From: Barnesiella intestinihominis
Lineage (GTDB): Bacteria; Bacillota; Clostridia; Oscillospirales; Ruminococcaceae
Reading direction: 5' to 3'
DNA length: 59,359 nt
NCBI GenBank assembly: GCA_963656875.1
Contig: CAVKKE010000001.1
Location: 1 to 59,359 of the forward strand
Shown: piece by piece, positions 29,818 through 39,365 of the stretch
Layout of the letters: every line of letters begins with the position of its first letter
Numbering within the stretch: position 1 is the first letter of the stretch
The notes under the pieces: model-generated
The model's input: only the letters and a program-made list of their open reading frames with translations
Database searches by the model: none
Told to the model about the DNA's origin: nothing
Translations under genes and position numbers: made by a program

Positions 29818-30942
29818 TTACACTTTCTTCAGCACATACTGACGGGTGCCCATGCCGATCTTTTCGGCCTGCTCCAGAGTGGCTTTCCACTCGATGTTGG
29901 GGTTGGAGTCCTTGAAGTGGTCATGGTGGCAGTTCCAGCCGGGCTTTGCAAGGTTCTGGCTCAGCTGGCTGTTGGGCAGCGGAGTGGCATTCAGGCAGGC
30001 GTCCACACAGGCCTGATCCAGCGCCACAGGGTCGAAGGATGCAAAGATGCCGATATCCGGCAGGATGGGTGCGTCATTCTCGCCGTGGCAGTCGCAGTTG
30101 GGGCTCACGTCCTGCACCAGAGAAATATGGAAGCTGGGGCGGCCATGGCAGACCGCGGCTGCATATTCCGCCATCTTGCGGTCCAGCATCTCATTGGCGC
30201 TGTCGTACTGAGAATAGATGGCGTCAAAGTTGCAGGCACCGATGCAGCGGCCGCAGCCCTTGCACTTGGTCTGGTCAATGACGGCCTTGTTGTTTGCATC
30301 ATAGGAGATGGCATCGGAACCACACTCCTTAGCGCAGCGGTGGCAGCCGCGGCACAGGCTCTGCTGCACATCCGGGTGGCCGGAAGCGTGCTGCTCCATC
30401 TTGCCTGCACGGGAGCCGCAGCCCATGCCGATATTCTTGATGGCACCGCCGAAGCCGGTGGACTCGTGGCCCTTGAAGTGGGTCAGGCTGATGAACACAT
30501 CGGCGTCCATGATGGCGCGGCCGATCTTGGCTGTCTTGCAGTATTCGCCGTTGGGCACCGGCACCTCGGTCTCATCGGTGCCGCGCAGGCCGTCGGCAAT
30601 GATGACCTGACAGCCGGTGGTCATGGGCCAGAAGCCGTTGGTCTGGGCGCAGGTCAGATGCTCCAGTGCGTTCTTGCGGCTGCCCGGATACAGGGTGTTG
30701 CAGTCGGTCAAAAACGGCAGACCGCCCTGCTCCTTGCACAGGTCGGCCACCACCTTGGCGTAGTTGGGGCGCAGGAATGCCAGGTTGCCCAGCTCACCAA
30801 AGTGCATCTTGATGGCGACGAACTTGCCGTCCATGTCGATGTCCTTGATACCGGCCGCGATGCACACGCGGCGCAGCTTGTCCAGCAGGCTGGTGCCCAC
30901 CGGACAGCGGAAATCCGTATAATAAACCTTGGATGCTTCCAT
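29818..30942 (-). CDS. DUF362-family protein with 2x[4Fe-4S] ferredoxin domain
   Basis: IKMHFGE, TDCNTLY, HFKGH..GFGGAIKNIGMG, two CxxCxxCxxxC motifs, DPVALD. Confidence 0.88.
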   Translation of the reverse strand: MEASKVYYTDFRCPVGTSLLDKLRRVCIAAGIKDIDMDGKFVAIKMHFGELGNLAFLRPNYAKVVADLCKEQGGLPFLTDCNTLYPGSRKNALEHLTCAQTNGFWPMTTGCQVIIADGLRGTDETEVPVPNGEYCKTAKIGRAIMDADVFISLTHFKGHESTGFGGAIKNIGMGCGSRAGKMEQHASGHPDVQQSLCRGCHRCAKECGSDAISYDANNKAVIDQTKCKGCGRCIGACNFDAIYSQYDSANEMLDRKMAEYAAAVCHGRPSFHISLVQDVSPNCDCHGENDAPILPDIGIFASFDPVALDQACVDACLNATPLPNSQLSQNLAKPGWNCHHDHFKDSNPNIEWKATLEQAEKIGMGTRQYVLKKV

Positions 30943-31019
30943 TTTTTCCTCCATTTTGTTGCGCGGCCCACTGCCGCATACTCTCTCATGGTTTCAGTAT
31001 AACACAACTTTTGAGAAAG

Positions 31020-31376
31020 AAAAAGTGTAGTCGTGAAGGGATGGCAGGTGCGCCCTCTCCGTCCCTCCTCACGGCACCAGTCCATCCACCGAGGGCGGCC
31101 CTCGCACTCCATAAAACATGGTTCTGCGCACTTGAGTCCTCTGCCCTTTGGAACACTGTGGCACCGTTCGTCGATGCCGGAGAGGGTGCCCCCGCCTTGG
31201 CTGCATCGAAGCTTTTGGGCCGCTCACCGCGCTGTAAAAAACAAATGCCGTTTGCCTTTAAGCTCCTCATGTAAAAAAGAACCTCCGGAAGATCCGCAGA
31301 TTTTCCGGAGGTTCAAACGATAAAACTAATATTTCCGCTGAATATGCCCAGAACGAAGTAGAGGGCATTTCAAATC
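31020..31376 (-). repeat. Modular structured repeat, family B, copy 1
   Basis: Minus-strand head GATTTGAAATGCCCTCTACTTCGTTCTGGGCATATTCAGCGGAAA plus a hairpin with a CTGCGG loop; the distal boundary is approximate. Confidence 0.65.
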
Positions 31377-32205
31377 AGAAGATGGCCGTCACTGCTGCCA
31401 CTGCCAGAACGATAACACCCAGCACGATGCGGTAAGCGCCGAAGAACTTGAAGTCGTGGCGCTTGACGTAATCCATCAGGAAGCGGATGGCCGCAAGGCT
31501 GACGCCAAAGGCCACCACACAGCCCACCACGAGGACTGCGATCTCCGTGCCGGTCATGACCGAGCCGTCGGCGACGAACTTGACCACCTTGAGCAGAGAA
31601 GCGCCTGCCATGACCGGGATGGCCAGATAGAAGGTAAACTCCGCCACGCAGGCACGGGACAAGCCCAGCAGCAGGCCGCCCACGATGGTGGCACCGGAAC
31701 GGGAGGTGCCGGGAATGATAGCCAGGCACTGCCACAGGCCGATGATGAGCGCGTCACGGTAGGTGATCTGATCCAGCCTTGTCACATGAGGCGTGATGCG
31801 GCGGTTCTCCACCACGAAGAACAGCACGCCGTAGAGGATCAGCATGGCGGCGACGGTGATGTAGTTGTAGAAATGATCCTCCATCCAGTTGTCCAGCGGG
31901 CTGATGACCAGCACCGGCAGGGTGGCTGCCACCACCTTGAACCACAGGTTCCAGACGCTGGGCTTGGAGATGACCCTGCCCTGCCGCATTCCAAAAGGCC
32001 ACAGCTTGTCCCAGAACAGCACCACCACCGCCATGATGGCACCCAGCTGGATGACCACGCGGAACATGGACATGAACTCTTCGCTTGCATGGAACTTGAT
32101 GATCTGCTCCAGCAGGATCATATGGCCGGTGGACGAGATGGGCAGCCACTCGGTGATGCCCTCCACAATGCCCATCAGGATCGCTTTGATGATCTCAAAA
32201 AACGT
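31375..32205 (-). CDS. uppP: Undecaprenyl-diphosphatase
   Basis: GIVEGITEWLPISSTGH, IQLGAI and PGTSRSG motifs. The expected start codon reads ACG (32205); the next ATG is at 32175. Confidence 0.93.
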   Translation of the reverse strand, partial: TFFEIIKAILMGIVEGITEWLPISSTGHMILLEQIIKFHASEEFMSMFRVVIQLGAIMAVVVLFWDKLWPFGMRQGRVISKPSVWNLWFKVVAATLPVLVISPLDNWMEDHFYNYITVAAMLILYGVLFFVVENRRITPHVTRLDQITYRDALIIGLWQCLAIIPGTSRSGATIVGGLLLGLSRACVAEFTFYLAIPVMAGASLLKVVKFVADGSVMTGTEIAVLVVGCVVAFGVSLAAIRFLMDYVKRHDFKFFGAYRIVLGVIVLAVAAVTAIF

Positions 32206-32442
32206 AAAAACCCCTCCTGTCGCGCAAAGCGCGTGTTGACTTGTTTCACCCAGTATACCATACTATGACAGCCCGCGCACGCAGAATGCGAAATTTTTAC
32301 ACACTCGTTTCCGGTCCCGCAGGCTGTAACTGTGCCTGGAAATGTGATATACTGAACACAAGACCTTCTGCTTTTCATTTTACGCAGAAATTAAAACAGA
32401 GTTTAAACTCCTTTTATCTTTTTTACAATGAGGTGAGCTTTC

Positions 32443-32856
32443 ATGAACATTCTGGTGATAGGCTGCGATCAGGTGGGTGCATCCCTCATCCGCGACCTGG
32501 AGCACATCGGCCACGACATCTCCCTGATCGAGAAAGACCCCGAACAGCTCAAGCGGCTGGATGCCTTTGACGACTACCGTTTCGGCGGCACAGCACTGGT
32601 GGGCGACCCCACCGACCCGGACATCCTGCGGCAGGGCGGCATTGAAAACTGCGACGCTGTGGCCGCCGTCAGCGAGGACGACTCGGTGAACCTGATGGCC
32701 GCACAGATCGCCAAGAGCATCTTCCGCCGGGAAAAGGTCATCTGCCGTGTGTCCGACCCCCACCTGCAGGTGCTGTATCACAAAGCCTATGAGATCGACA
32801 CCATCTGCCCCACTGTGCTCACCGAGCAGTCGGTGTTCCGTGCGCTGGCGAAGTGA
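32443..32856 (+). CDS. TrkA-family RCK_N (NAD-binding) protein, short
   Basis: MNILVIGCDQVG, GDPTD..ILRQGGIE.CDAVAA..EDD.VNL. Confidence 0.85.
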   Translation: MNILVIGCDQVGASLIRDLEHIGHDISLIEKDPEQLKRLDAFDDYRFGGTALVGDPTDPDILRQGGIENCDAVAAVSEDDSVNLMAAQIAKSIFRREKVICRVSDPHLQVLYHKAYEIDTICPTVLTEQSVFRALAK

Positions 32857-32890
32857 TTTTAAATTCCATTCTGTAGAATGAGGTAACGAT

Positions 32891-33556
32891 ATGAAAGTTT
32901 GTATTGCAGGCGGCGGCAAAGTGGGCATGTATCTGGCCCAGAGCCTGCTGGCCCACCGCCACAAGGTCACCATCATTGAACCGCAGGAAATGCTCTGCCG
33001 CTCTCTGGCTGATTCGCTGGACATCCCGGTGATCTGCGGCGACGCCATCAGCTTCGACACCATGCGCACGGCCGACGTAGCCAGCTGCGACGCATTTGTG
33101 GCCGTGACCGGCGCGGACGAAGACAACCTTGTGGCCTGCCAGATCGCCAAGCGGGAGTTCGGTGTGGACCGCACGGTGGCCCGGGCTTCCAACCCCAAGA
33201 ACCGGGAACTGCTGCACACGCTGGGTGTGGACACCGTGGTGTGCGGCACCGACAACCTGAGCCACATCCTCGAGCGTGAGATCGAGACGGACACCATCCG
33301 CCAGCTGCTCTCGCTGGGCGGCGGCACCGCCAGCCTGAATGAGATCCTGCTGCCGGAGAACTTCCAGTTTGCCGGGCAGGCCGTGAAGGACATCCCCATG
33401 CCGGGCGACGCCATTCTGGTGTGCATCACCCGCGACGCGGAGTTCATTATCCCTCACGGCAACACCACCCTGCTGCCCTGGGACCGCATCCTCTGCTTGA
33501 CCCAGGACGACACCCTGCATCTGCTGATGGATGCCTGGGGCCTCTCGGACAAATGA
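32891..33556 (+). CDS. trkA: TrkA-family potassium uptake regulator (RCK_N + RCK_C)
   Basis: GGGKVG, AVTGADEDNLVACQIAK and IIPHGNT motifs. Confidence 0.88.
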   Translation: MKVCIAGGGKVGMYLAQSLLAHRHKVTIIEPQEMLCRSLADSLDIPVICGDAISFDTMRTADVASCDAFVAVTGADEDNLVACQIAKREFGVDRTVARASNPKNRELLHTLGVDTVVCGTDNLSHILEREIETDTIRQLLSLGGGTASLNEILLPENFQFAGQAVKDIPMPGDAILVCITRDAEFIIPHGNTTLLPWDRILCLTQDDTLHLLMDAWGLSDK

Positions 33557-33984
33557 CAGAGCGGGAACTGCTGCGCACTGCGCTGGTCATCCCGCCCCGG
33601 GCGCGGGCGGTGCTCTGCGTCTGGGCCGTTGTGCCCGGGCTGATCTGTGCCCCCTTTGTGTTCTGGCAGAGCATTCCTGCCGGGTGTGTTTTCTGCGCCC
33701 TCTGGGCCGCACTGGTGTTTGAAGTGTGGATGCGCAGCTGCAGCTTTGCAGCATTCCTCACCTGCCAGAACCTCGTGGTGCAGTCCGGGGTGGCAGTCCC
33801 GCTGACCCGCCAGCTGCCCCGCCGGGCCGTGACCGGTGTGTGGACCCTGCGCACGCCGCTGCTCTGGATGGCGGGCAGCAGCCTGCTGCTGGTGCGGGGG
33901 CCGGGCGTGCAGCTGCTTCTGCCGGGCGTCCCTGCGCAGCAGGCGCAGGCCCTGACCGATGCCCTGACGGAGGACAGCCCATGA
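33553..33984 (+). CDS. YdbS-like membrane protein (bacterial PH domain)
   Basis: Two TM helices, then LVVQSG...RTPL; ATGA overlaps at both ends. Confidence 0.6.
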   Translation: MTERELLRTALVIPPRARAVLCVWAVVPGLICAPFVFWQSIPAGCVFCALWAALVFEVWMRSCSFAAFLTCQNLVVQSGVAVPLTRQLPRRAVTGVWTLRTPLLWMAGSSLLLVRGPGVQLLLPGVPAQQAQALTDALTEDSP

Positions 33985-35333
33985 CAGAACGCGGCTTCCA
34001 CCCTTTCGCGGTGCTGCATTTCCTGCGCAAGACCATTCTGGTCTACCTGATCCCGCTGGTGCAGGTGCTGTTCCAGCGCAACTGGGAGGCCCTGTGGGCG
34101 GCGTTGGTGCAGGATCTTGTGCTGTTCCTCCTGCTTGCTGCAGTGAGCGCTGCCGCTCTCCATGCCAGCCGCTGGCAGGTGGATGAGCACGGCCCCCTGC
34201 ACATCCGCTGGCGGCTGGGTGTGCGGTTGGACCGCGCTCTGCGGGCCGACCAGCTGGCCGCGCTGACCATCGAGCGCCCTCTGCTCTACCGGCTGGCCGA
34301 CGCCAGCCGGGTGGTGCTTTATCCCGCCGGGCAGAAGCGCAGCATTACCTTGATGCTCACCCGGCAGGACGCAAAGCTCCTGGCTGACTGCATGATGCCC
34401 ATGAGTGACGCTGTGGCCCACACGCCCCATGGCGGCGAAAAGCTGGCCTTTGCGGTGCTGGGTGCCAACAGCCTGTCCACCCTTGCCCTGCTGGCGCTTG
34501 CCCTTCGGCAGAGCAAGCCCTATGCTCCGGACGCCCAGACAGCGGCGTTCGCCCACCTGAACCGGCTTGCCGCGTGGGCGGCGCGGTGGCTGCCCATGGG
34601 CACAGCGTGGCTGCTGGTGCTGGGCGGAGTGCTGTTCTGCGCAAGTCTTGCCCGCAGCGCGGCTCATGCGGCCCACTACACTGTTTGGCGCACCGACACC
34701 CAGCTGGGAACCCGGGGCGGCTTTTTGCACAAATACGAGATGCGGGTGCAGCTGTGCCACCTGAGCTGTGCAGATGTGCGGCGTTCCCCCGCCACATGGG
34801 CTCTGCACTACAGCCCGGTGTTCGTCACAGCCAGCTGCTGTCAGCCGGAGATCCCTCTGCTGGTGTGGCGGGAGGACGGCGGATTTTTGCAGGAGCTTCT
34901 GCCCGGGTTCGTTCTGCCGCCGGCCGAACCGGTGAACACTGCAAACCGCAGCATCCCGGCATTCTTTCTGTATGCAGGCATCCCTTTCGGGCTGTGCCTG
35001 CTGCTGACGGCTGTGTCCCGCTACACGCTGCCCGCGCTGACAGTTCCTCTGCTGGTACTGACCCTTGTTCCCGCTGCATTTCTGGCGGGGGCCGTCGCAG
35101 GCTACCGCCGGGAGGGGGTCTGGCTGCGGGACGGGCATATTACCCTGCGCATCCAACACGGACTGCATCTGCATGATATCTGTGTTTTCTGTCCTGTCCC
35201 TGCCCTGACGGCCCTGCAGTCGCCCTGGGCGGCAGCAGTGCGGCGCACCAATCTGACCCTCACCTTTCCGGGCGGCGTCCGCAAAAAGGTGCGGAGCGTG
35301 CGCTGCGAGGACATTCCATTTATGGAGTTATAA
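33981..35333 (+). CDS. YdbT-like membrane protein (bacterial PH domains)
   Basis: N-terminal FHP; repeated TM+PH units (IERPLLYR, TRGGFL, QSPW). Confidence 0.65.
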   Translation: MTERGFHPFAVLHFLRKTILVYLIPLVQVLFQRNWEALWAALVQDLVLFLLLAAVSAAALHASRWQVDEHGPLHIRWRLGVRLDRALRADQLAALTIERPLLYRLADASRVVLYPAGQKRSITLMLTRQDAKLLADCMMPMSDAVAHTPHGGEKLAFAVLGANSLSTLALLALALRQSKPYAPDAQTAAFAHLNRLAAWAARWLPMGTAWLLVLGGVLFCASLARSAAHAAHYTVWRTDTQLGTRGGFLHKYEMRVQLCHLSCADVRRSPATWALHYSPVFVTASCCQPEIPLLVWREDGGFLQELLPGFVLPPAEPVNTANRSIPAFFLYAGIPFGLCLLLTAVSRYTLPALTVPLLVLTLVPAAFLAGAVAGYRREGVWLRDGHITLRIQHGLHLHDICVFCPVPALTALQSPWAAAVRRTNLTLTFPGGVRKKVRSVRCEDIPFMEL

Positions 35334-35345
35334 GGGGTCTTTTTT

Positions 35346-36002
35346 GTGATAAAAACAGTATTATTCGATTTGGACGGCACCCTGCTGAACACCATTGACG
35401 ACCTAGCCGATGCGGGCAACTGGGTGTGTGAACAACACGGCTGGCCCACCTTCACAGTGGAGCAGTTCAAGCACATGGTGGGCAACGGCATCCCGAAGCT
35501 TGTGGAGCGCTTTTCCCCGGAAAATGCCCGCACGCCGGAACAGCTGGCGGCGACATTGGCCCAGTTCACCGCCCGGTATGATGCCCACAAGGAGGACAAA
35601 ACAGCCCCCTATCCCGGCATTCCGGAGCTGCTGGACAAGCTGCGGGCAAACGGCATCCAGTGCGCGGTGTTCTCCAACAAGGCCGACCCGCTGTGCGGGA
35701 AGATCATCGAGCACTATTTCGGCGCGGGGCGTTTCGACGCCGTGCGAGGCAGCCGCCCGGGCGTGCCCACAAAGCCAGACCCCGTCGGACTGTATGCTCT
35801 GATGGATGAGATCGGCGCAAGCCGCTCTGCGACCCTTTTCGTGGGCGACAGCGACGTGGACATCCTCACGGGACACAATGCTGGTCTGCCCGCCATGGGG
35901 GCCCTGTGGGGCTTCCGGGGCCGTGCAGAGCTGACCGCGGCCGGGGCGGATGCCCTGGCGGCGGTGCCGGAGGATATTTTTACTTATATCCAGAAGGGTT
36001 GA
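35346..36002 (+). CDS. HAD-family hydrolase (phosphoglycolate phosphatase-like)
   Basis: FDLDGTL, SNK, KPDP and VGDS.VD motifs. Confidence 0.92.
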   Translation: MIKTVLFDLDGTLLNTIDDLADAGNWVCEQHGWPTFTVEQFKHMVGNGIPKLVERFSPENARTPEQLAATLAQFTARYDAHKEDKTAPYPGIPELLDKLRANGIQCAVFSNKADPLCGKIIEHYFGAGRFDAVRGSRPGVPTKPDPVGLYALMDEIGASRSATLFVGDSDVDILTGHNAGLPAMGALWGFRGRAELTAAGADALAAVPEDIFTYIQKG

Positions 36003-36430
36003 CGATTTAGAATGCCCTCCGTTTCACTCTGGGCATATTCAGCGGAAAAATTATTTTTATTTGCAAAGAGGAAAATCCTGCGGGATTTTCCTCTTTGCTT
36101 TTTCACGGGAAAGGTCGTAACGGGTAACTGCATCTGCTGCTGTCAGCCTTCGGCTGTCGCGTAGCGACTTCTAATTGGCGGAACCGCAAAAAGCGGTTAA
36201 GAGATCTTCACGCCGAACAGGCGGGAATCTCCAGCTTTTTGGGATGAAGCCTACTGCTTTGGGATTATTAAGGGCGAGCAGCCCTTAATTCGTGCCTCCC
36301 GCGCTTCGAAAGTAGCGGGCGCTTTTCTGGTACTCTTTTGTGCGTGCAAAAGAGTACATCTACGGCGGAGAACGACTTCATAAAAGTCACACAGCCTACC
36401 CCACTCGAATACGCTCTGCACGGGAAACAA
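36003..36430 (+). repeat. Modular structured repeat, family B, copy 2
   Basis: GATTTAGAATGCCCTCCGTTTCACTCTGGGCATATTCAGCGGAAAA...CCTGCGGG hairpin...TTTTCACGG; the end is approximate. Confidence 0.7.
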
Positions 36431-36493
36431 TACGCAAAAAAGGCGAGCCGCCATTGGGCGGCCCGCCTGCTGTGTTCTTTGGTGTTCTCCTGC

Positions 36494-37819
36494 TTATGCC
36501 AGAGTGACATCCTGGATCTTGGAGGAAGCGAACTCGAAGGGCCACACGGTCTTCCACTCCTGATCCTGCACCTGCGCGATAGCAACAGAAGCATAGGTGT
36601 TGTCACGATAGTGCTTCACGCCGCCGATCTCGTACTCGGGGCTGAACTCGATCTTGGAGTACGGCAGAACGATCTTGCGGCCTCCGTCGAAGGAACCGTC
36701 GATGGTCAGGGTTGCCAGAGCGTCGCGGATAGCAGCACCATCAGTGGAGCCTGCCTTCTCGATCGCTGCCTTGAACAGCCACACGACGGTGTAGGACTCA
36801 GCAGAGTGACCGTTCATGTTGACGTTGTAGACCTTCTTGAAGTCCTCGTTGATCTCGACGCCGTTGGTCAGGTCGGAGTTGAACTCGACGACAGAAGCCA
36901 CGCCGTTTGCGGATGCGCCCAGGTTGGGGATGAAGGATGCATCGGTGAAGCCATTTGCCTTTGCAACGATCATCTTGGGCTTGTAGTTCTGCTCCTTCAG
37001 GGTCTGGACGAACAGAGTTGCATCGCCGATGTAGGAGTCGCACAGGATAGCATCGGGGTCAGCCTGCTTCAGGGCCAGGACCTGAGAGGACAGGTCGGTT
37101 GCGTTGGAGCTGTAGTCAACTTCGGCCACAACATCCAGACCGTAGTCGGGTGCGAACAGGTTGACGCAGCGGATCAGTTCCTGACCGATAGCAGCCTTAT
37201 CCGTGAAGATAGCCACCTTCTTGATCTCGTTGCCGGTCTGCTCCTTGGAGTCCTGCAGATACTTCAGCATATCTTCGACGTACACGGAGTTCAGCGGGCA
37301 CAGACGGAAGAAGTAATCGTAGTCCTTGTGATCCTCGTCGGTCAGACGGTCCAGAGTGGAGATAGCGGTGATCATGGGGATGCCGTACTGCTGGCAGACC
37401 TGAGCCACGACCTCGGTGACAACGGACATATGGCAGCCCATGATGACGTTGACGCCTTCCTGAGTGATCAGGCGCTCTGCCTCGGACTTGCCGGTAGCTG
37501 CATCGCCTGCGTGGTCGCCGCGCACGACTTCCAGCATCTGGCCGTTGACGCCGCCAGCCTTGTTGATCTCGTCCACTGCGAAGTCGATGCCGCGCAGGAT
37601 GTTCTCGCCGATGGCTGCGTTGCCGCCGGACATAGCGTAGATGGTGCCGATCTTGATGGTGTCACCGCTGGCGGCTGCACCGGAAGCTGCGGTGCTGCCG
37701 GATGCTGCGGGAGCAGTGCTGGTGGAAGCGGAAGAACCGCCGCCGCATGCGGTCAGGGCAGCTGCGCCGCCCAGAACAGCGGATGCCTTCAGGAAGCTTC
37801 TGCGAGAGATCTTTTTCAT
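36494..37819 (-). CDS. Liv-type (HAAT) ABC substrate-binding lipoprotein with twin-arginine-like signal
   Basis: SRRSFLK...LTAC; IKIG...SG...AVDEINKAGGVNG. Confidence 0.9.
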   Translation of the reverse strand: MKKISRRSFLKASAVLGGAAALTACGGGSSASTSTAPAASGSTAASGAAASGDTIKIGTIYAMSGGNAAIGENILRGIDFAVDEINKAGGVNGQMLEVVRGDHAGDAATGKSEAERLITQEGVNVIMGCHMSVVTEVVAQVCQQYGIPMITAISTLDRLTDEDHKDYDYFFRLCPLNSVYVEDMLKYLQDSKEQTGNEIKKVAIFTDKAAIGQELIRCVNLFAPDYGLDVVAEVDYSSNATDLSSQVLALKQADPDAILCDSYIGDATLFVQTLKEQNYKPKMIVAKANGFTDASFIPNLGASANGVASVVEFNSDLTNGVEINEDFKKVYNVNMNGHSAESYTVVWLFKAAIEKAGSTDGAAIRDALATLTIDGSFDGGRKIVLPYSKIEFSPEYEIGGVKHYRDNTYASVAIAQVQDQEWKTVWPFEFASSKIQDVTLA

Positions 37820-37913
37820 AATTGTCCTCCAGTTCTGTTTGTAAAAACAGCTTTTTTATCCGAGACGCCCGGCTGCGCCGTGTGAATGGCACCCGCCGGA
37901 CATCCAGTTCCGA

Positions 37914-38621
37914 TCAGATGCCGAGGTACGCCTTCTTGACGTGCTCGTTTGCCGACAGCTCGGCGGCAGTGCCTTCCAGCGCCACGCGGCCATTCTCAAT
38001 GACATAGCCGCGGTCTGCCGCTGCAAGGGCTTTGGTGATGTCCTGCTCCACCAGCAGCACCGAGATTCCGTCATTCTTCACCATGGTCTTGGCCACTTCC
38101 AGAATGTCGTCCACAATGTTGGGGGCAAGGCCCAGGCTGGGCTCGTCCAGGATCAGCAGCTTGGGCATACCGATCAGCGCACGGGCCACGGCCACCATCT
38201 GCTGCTCGCCGCCGGACAGAGTACCGGCAGCCTGCTTCGCGCGTTCGCGCAGCTTGGGGAACCAGTTGTAGCACTTTTCCAGATTCTCTGCAAAATGTGC
38301 CTTGGTCTCTTTGTTGAAAGCACCCAGCTCCAGATTTTCCAGCACAGTCATCTCGGTAAAGAGCTGACGGCCTTCCGGCACCTGCACGATGCCGCTGTCC
38401 AGAATCACACGGGAACTTTTGCCGGAGAGAGCCTCTCCGTTGAACTCTACCTTGCCGGAACTTGCCTTGACCATGCCTGTGATGGCGCGAACCATGGTGG
38501 TCTTGCCTGCACCGTTGGAGCCCCGAATGGCGACGATCTCGCCGTCCTTGACCTCAAAGCCGATGTCCCACAGGATGTTCACAGAGCCGTAACCGGCGTT
38601 CAATCCTTCAACTTTAAGCAC
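37914..38621 (-). CDS. livF: ABC ATP-binding protein, LivF-like
   Basis: GSNGAGKTT, VPEGR, LSGGEQQM and DEPSLGLAP motifs; GTG start. Confidence 0.88.
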   Translation of the reverse strand: MLKVEGLNAGYGSVNILWDIGFEVKDGEIVAIRGSNGAGKTTMVRAITGMVKASSGKVEFNGEALSGKSSRVILDSGIVQVPEGRQLFTEMTVLENLELGAFNKETKAHFAENLEKCYNWFPKLRERAKQAAGTLSGGEQQMVAVARALIGMPKLLILDEPSLGLAPNIVDDILEVAKTMVKNDGISVLLVEQDITKALAAADRGYVIENGRVALEGTAAELSANEHVKKAYLGI

Positions 38622-39363
38622 TTGCGCCCTCCTTTTTGGTGCCCAGATACACCTCCATGACATACGGGTCGTTCATGACCTGCTCGGGCGTGCCCTCGGC
38701 GATCTTTTCGCCGTGATGCAGGACGATGACCTTCTCGCACAGGCTGACGACAGCTTTCATGATGTGCTCGATCAGCAGAATGGTCACACCGGATTCGTTG
38801 ATCTTGCGGATCAGCTGGATGGCCTCCTCCGTCTCAGCAGGGTTCAGGCCGGCCATGTTCTCGTCGAGAAACAGCACTTCGGGCTTGGTGGCAAGAGCTC
38901 TTGCCATTTCCAGACGTTTCTGGTCGGGGGTGCCCATGTCTTTGGAAATGACATGGCGCTTGTCGTACAGGCCGGTGAAGTGCAGCACTTCCATGGCGCG
39001 CTCCCGGGCTTCTTTTTCGTTCTTTGCAGCAGCGTGGCCGAAGTAGGCAGCGGCAGTCACGTTGTCCAGCACGCTCAGGTTCTTCAGGGGCTTCATGATC
39101 TGGAAGGTGCGGGCGATCTTCATGTTGGTGTATTCATACGCCTTTTTGTTGGTGATGTCCTCGCCGTTATAGAAGATCTTGCCTTCGGTGGGCGGATAAT
39201 AGCCGCAGATCATGTTGAAGGTGGTGGACTTGCCGGCGCCGTTGGGGCCGATCATGCCGGTGATGGAGCCTTTTTCCACAGAGAAAGAGACGTCATGCAC
39301 GGCGGTCAGACCCTTGAACCGCTTGGTCAGGCCCTGGACTTCAATAATAGGCTTTTCTGCCAT
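38614..39363 (-). CDS. livG: ABC ATP-binding protein, LivG-like
   Basis: GPNGAGKST, ARTFQ and IEH motifs. Confidence 0.88.
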   Translation of the reverse strand: MAEKPIIEVQGLTKRFKGLTAVHDVSFSVEKGSITGMIGPNGAGKSTTFNMICGYYPPTEGKIFYNGEDITNKKAYEYTNMKIARTFQIMKPLKNLSVLDNVTAAAYFGHAAAKNEKEARERAMEVLHFTGLYDKRHVISKDMGTPDQKRLEMARALATKPEVLFLDENMAGLNPAETEEAIQLIRKINESGVTILLIEHIMKAVVSLCEKVIVLHHGEKIAEGTPEQVMNDPYVMEVYLGTKKEGASA

Positions 39364-39365
39364 GA

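Noticed and set aside
31020..31260. Possible 6S RNA or riboswitch upstream of the DUF362 gene
   Set aside because: It has long pairing potential but no recognisable consensus, and it is contiguous with a family B head, so it was treated as repeat cargo.
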